The notes under the pieces: model-generated
Seen by the model: the letters and a program-made list of their open reading frames with translations, nothing else
What the model was told of the DNA's origin: nothing
Database searches by the model: none
Assembly (NCBI RefSeq): GCF_001194135.2
Contig: NC_068994.1
Span: forward strand, 28,450,446-28,514,445
DNA from: Octopus bimaculoides
Lineage: Eukaryota
Reading direction: 5' to 3'
Length of the DNA: 64,000 nt
Shown here: piece by piece, positions 63,081 to 64,000 of the stretch
Numbering within the stretch: the first letter of the stretch is position 1
How the letters are laid out: each line of letters starts with the position of its first letter
Position numbers and translations under genes: made by a program

Positions 63081-63369
63081 TACATCATTTACATTTGACG
63101 GATATTTCTCCTCATCTTGTTTGTTGTTAACACAACTTTTCAGCTGATATACCCTCCAGCCTTCATCAGGTGTCTTGGGGAAATTTTGAACCTGGGTTCT
63201 CATTCCTAAGGTATTTTTTGATGTTGTTGTTGTTGTTGCACCAACAACAACAGCAGCAACAACATCGAAAAATACCTTAGGAATGAGAACCCAGGTTCGA
63301 AATTTCCCCAAGACACCTGTTAACAACAAACAAGATGAGGACAAATATCCATCAAATGTAAATAATGTA
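63081..63369. repeat. Foldback inverted repeat of a hammerhead-bearing short element
   Basis: 63081-63238 is the reverse complement of 63242-63369 except for a 36-nt block missing from the right arm. Confidence 0.92.
63129..63174 (-). ncRNA. Minimal type I hammerhead motif with one core substitution
   Basis: GACAC-CTGATGA-A-GGCTG(GAGGGTATAT)CAGCT-GAAA-A-GTT-GTGTT; stem I GACAC/GTGTT; the expected GAAAC reads GAAAA. Confidence 0.72.
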
Positions 63370-64000
63370 CATAATTCCTCATCTCTTAACTGTATCACTT
63401 TATTTATGTTTAATGTGTGTTAAAGGTGTATACATTTTTTATTTTGTCTATAATTTTATTTTCATTCCTGTTAGATCCACAACAGCTTTTCTCCAGTTTG
63501 GCTGCAATCATTTTCTCTACCTCCATCCCCTGCATGGAGCAACAGTTTGGCTGAAATTAAAGAACACATTTAGTTAGCAGTGCAGGAGATAACTCCTGAA
63601 AGGTGTTTTGTAATGCTAAGGATAGATTTGAAATTTGCAGGGATACAGATGGAGCACATGATAAAAATTAAGTAATAAACATAAAATTCTGTCAGATTTA
63701 AAAAAATTTGATCAGTTTCATTGAAAAAGATAGTTAATTCTGAGACACCCTGTTTACTGTTTGAGGACAGTGCACTGTAGTCGATTTTCAAATGAGATGA
63801 TTGGGTACAGCTGTTTGAATGCTGATGATTTAGCCTGGCTGACTGGATTTTCAGCATATTTTGGCAACAGTATTTTCTGGGACTAGAGGCGAACACACAC
63901 ATACATACACATGTGCACAGAAATATGCACACACAAATAGAGAGGGAGAGAGAGAGAGAGAGGCTACATATACAAACATTACTAGATTGCTTACACACAT

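Larger units (their letters stand above)
63008..63752 (+). mobile_element. Internally deleted Tc1/mariner-type element hosting a palindromic insertion
   Basis: TA plus cagggtaccccaaacttaactatc versus the reverse complement of gatagttaattctgagacaccctg (about 5 of 24 mismatches); short decayed LAEIKEHI..AVQEITPE fragment near 63548-63600. Confidence 0.65.

Overview
AT-rich, repeat-dense eukaryotic scaffold with N gaps. The SINE and RTE-LINE families and (GAT)n-tailed repeats look like an octopus or other coleoid cephalopod genome (inference from repeat style). Three spliced genes were reconstructed by hand, and the ORF track mostly misses them. (1) The last four coding exons of RNase H1 (+, 995-8427). 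(2) A complete nine-exon COMMD4 (-, 53523-25591, 606 nt, 201 aa). (3) The first four coding exons of mitochondrial ribosomal protein L9 (+, from 55877), head-to-head with COMMD4. The rest is mostly decayed mobile DNA: several RTE LINEs, a mariner, a hAT/Charlie-Buster element plus a matching MITE (both with perfect 8-bp TSDs), a two-LTR mini Gypsy element, Helitron pieces, TTAA-type MITEs and many SINEs. The most interesting signal is a Penelope-like retroelement remnant in COMMD4 intron 3 flanked by inverted ~145-bp repeats that each contain a hammerhead-ribozyme motif. Three more minimal hammerhead motifs of unrelated sequence and several long foldback palindromes occur elsewhere in the window. 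No CRISPR array, rRNA or intact tRNA gene was found. All structures were read by eye; no search or folding program was run.
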